DNA of 45,558 nt. Origin: an uncultured Nitrospiraceae bacterium (lineage in GTDB: Bacteria > Nitrospirota > Nitrospiria > Nitrospirales > Nitrospiraceae). Positions 43,922-45,558 of the stretch are shown here, in pieces. The notes beneath the pieces are model-generated. The model saw only the letters and a list, made by a program, of their open reading frames with translations. It made no database searches and was not told the origin of the DNA. Both the position numbers and the translations under genes were made by a program. Where the stretch lies: positions 631 to 46,188 of the forward strand of contig CAYJUP010000002.1 in assembly GCA_964373365.1 (NCBI GenBank), in the 5' to 3' direction. Position 1 is the stretch's first letter; every line of letters starts with the position of its first letter.

Positions 43922-44428
43922 ATGGACACCATGAATTTGTCGCCCACGGCCAAGTTCATTGTGCTGTTTCTTGTCCTCGCCGTCGGGGTGTACGCCGTGG
44001 ACCTCCAGTATCCTGTCGGCGTGAGCATTTCGACTTTGTATGTGGCGCTGGTCTTGATTTCCTTGGGCTCGCCCCAACGCGCGTTCACGATCATTGTCGC
44101 ACTGGTGTGTTCTGGGCTGTCTCTTCTGGGTCTTTTCTCCTATCATATTGCTGGGGGGGATCACTGGATGTCATTTGTCAATCGCGTGATCGCGATCATC
44201 GCGATCTGGATCACGGCGTTTCTCATTCTGTTGCACAAGGAGGCGAAGGAGCAGATCAGGACATTGCAAGGCTTGTTGCCTGTGTGTCCGACCTGTAAAA
44301 AGATCCGAGATGTTAAAGGCAATTGGTCCAATGTCGATCAATATCTTAAACAGCATCAGGATGTGCAGGTGAGCCAAAGTGTCTGCCCGGACTGCCTGAA
44401 GAAATACCTGGCCGGAACCCCAACATAG
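43922..44428 (+). CDS. Membrane protein with C-terminal LLPxCxxCKKIRD...CPxC module
   Basis: 168 aa with about 4 TM helices. It ends TLQGLLPVCPTCKKIRDVKGNWSNVDQYLKQHQDVQVSQSVCPDCLKKY. Confidence 0.7.
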   Translation: MDTMNLSPTAKFIVLFLVLAVGVYAVDLQYPVGVSISTLYVALVLISLGSPQRAFTIIVALVCSGLSLLGLFSYHIAGGDHWMSFVNRVIAIIAIWITAFLILLHKEAKEQIRTLQGLLPVCPTCKKIRDVKGNWSNVDQYLKQHQDVQVSQSVCPDCLKKYLAGTPT

Positions 44429-44501
44429 TCTTCCTCTTCCAGGGTGATTCCCCCAATCTGGTGCCGCTGGCCTTCCTAACGCCTCTCGGTTGGCGGTCTG
44501 C

Positions 44502-44531
44502 TTGACCGAGGAAAATGTTTTTGGATAGAAT
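44502..44531 (+). promoter_or_regulatory. Candidate promoter
   Basis: TTGACC (44502-44507), an 18-nt spacer, then TAGAAT (44526-44531). The predicted TSS coincides with GTG 44538. Confidence 0.45.
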
Positions 44532-44537
44532 CCGCGC

Positions 44538-44849
44538 GTGCGTCCTCCTCGTCCCAAGGGCCCAAGCTTCAGCGCGTGGCCGCCTTCCTCTGGTCCCCGC
44601 CGCGGCGTGCCGCCGAGCGGTCTTTCTCCGGGGGAGGGGACTCATCCGTCACCGCCGGACCAGTACGGGTCCTTTCGGGCCTCCCTGCTCTACTGCCCAA
44701 AGTGTCGGCAGGCCACGCCGACCCGCGAGCGGCTGCTTCTCGTCCTCCCAGCCGGCAACCTGTACGAATACCTGTGTATGCAGTGCGGGACTTCCACTGG
44801 CTCCAAGACCGACAAGGAGCAAGCTGAGGTTCGGCTGTTTATTCCGTGA
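44538..44849 (+). CDS. Pro-rich / zinc-ribbon hypothetical protein (start uncertain)
   Basis: 103-aa ORF. The C-terminal half, LLYCPKCRQATPTRERLLLVLPAGNLYEYLCMQCGTSTG, looks like a 4-Cys ribbon. No SD lies before any in-frame start. It may be leaderless from GTG 44538, or start at GTG 44607. Confidence 0.4.
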   Translation: MRPPRPKGPSFSAWPPSSGPRRGVPPSGLSPGEGTHPSPPDQYGSFRASLLYCPKCRQATPTRERLLLVLPAGNLYEYLCMQCGTSTGSKTDKEQAEVRLFIP

Positions 44850-45120
44850 TCGGTCCTGCAACGGATTCCTTCCCCATCGTCGGGATCCGGTTCTGCGCGA
44901 GCAGCCGGTCGACGGGCTCCTCCGAATCGGCAGGCCTTTCAACCCTGCCTTCCGGCTCTGTGGCGATCCCACGTGTCTCCACAGCTATCCGGTGCTGTGC
45001 TTCTAGGATCTGGCTTAGGACTGTAGAGAGCGGAGCGGCATCAGCATGTGGCCCGGGGCGTTAGAGTCGAGCCACGGTTGTGCGACGGATGAGGTGGCCA
45101 GAGAAGCTGTGTGACCGGAA

Positions 45121-45411
45121 TCAGGCGAGGCCCTCGATCGGAATCCCCTCTTCAATGAGCATGACCGGGATATCCTCCCGGATCGGGTAGAGGATTTTTT
45201 TGTCGGCGCGAATCAGGCCGCCATCAAGTCTCTCGCTCACGGGCTGGCCGGCTTTATTCTTCAGCTCCCTCCTCGCGATCCGGTCATTCAACCGGGCGAT
45301 GAGCGCGTTGTCGGCGAGAGCCACATCCTGCTTCGTTTCAGGGCAGCAGAGGATCGCCAACAACTCCTGATCGATGTTCACTTTCCCCGATGATTCCCTC
45401 GTTTCTCCCAT
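45121..45411 (-). CDS. Trm112/UPF0434-family small protein
   Basis: I trimmed the track ORF to ATG 45411 behind AAGGAGG. The 96-aa product has LLAILCCPETKQ and a C-terminal YPIREDIPVMLIEE, typical of Trm112-like proteins. Confidence 0.8.
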   Translation of the reverse strand: MGETRESSGKVNIDQELLAILCCPETKQDVALADNALIARLNDRIARRELKNKAGQPVSERLDGGLIRADKKILYPIREDIPVMLIEEGIPIEGLA

Positions 45412-45558
45412 GACACCTCCTTGGGCCCCACGGAGCCACTGCTTGCCATTCAACGAGACGGGACGGCGGAGCCCTAGGGTAAACGAATTTCGAATCAGGA
45501 TCAAGACCGAGAAGAGGTACACGAAGACGAAATCGTTCCGAGGCCGTGAATGACTCAC

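Noticed and set aside
44850-45120. The 72-aa plus-strand and 107-aa minus-strand ORFs in the gap before the Trm112-like gene
   Set aside because: They are Ser/Arg/Gly-rich with low complexity and have no SD. I treat the region as non-coding (possibly an sRNA or terminator region) until transcript data exist.

Overview
This is a 45.6-kb, high-GC (about 60% by eye), gene-dense chromosomal core segment from a diderm bacterium. The protein signatures remind me of Nitrospirota, but I cannot verify that without a search.

The left 14.6 kb is entirely on the minus strand. It carries atpH-atpA-atpG-atpD (atpD cut by the window edge), mnmA, two tandem bactofilins, parB-parA, rsmG bracketed by two parS sites, mnmG, mnmE, yidC, yidD, rnpA and rpmH. 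This is the classical origin-proximal cluster, but no dnaA or dnaN lies upstream of rpmH.

At about 14.6-14.9 kb the gene polarity flips to the plus strand. The plus-strand block runs as follows:
- an envelope cluster: a small K/E-rich secreted protein, a helical lipoprotein, a YafK-like and a YkuD-type L,D-transpeptidase, and a secreted hypothetical protein
- a translationally coupled pgi-pgl-glk-rpiA operon
- pepN and mgtE

The remainder contains:
- ybbP/ybbA-like ABC genes divergent from a tesA-like lipoprotein
- a DedA-family protein, an HhH-GPD glycosylase, a CDGSH Fe-S protein and a ChaN-like protein
- a heme-oxygenase-like (HDO) gene followed by an unknown 449-aa gene
- a MoxR-DUF58-transglutaminase triad
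- tRNA-Gly(GCC)
- a looser run of small hypothetical genes, including a PilZ protein and a membrane protein with a Cys4 C-terminal module
- a Trm112-like gene

I saw no rRNA, CRISPR array, transposase, integrase, prophage or recognisable defence genes.

The signals worth a second look are:
1. A dispersed family of 7-bp-phased GGC/GCC inverted-repeat elements in intercistronic gaps, with one copy translated in frame inside ybbP.
2. A possible Lpp-like peptidoglycan-tethering module.
3. parS sites that exactly bracket rsmG.
4. The parAB-bactofilin linkage.
5. The HDO plus unknown-protein pair.

All functional calls come from motif recognition by eye. No database search was possible.
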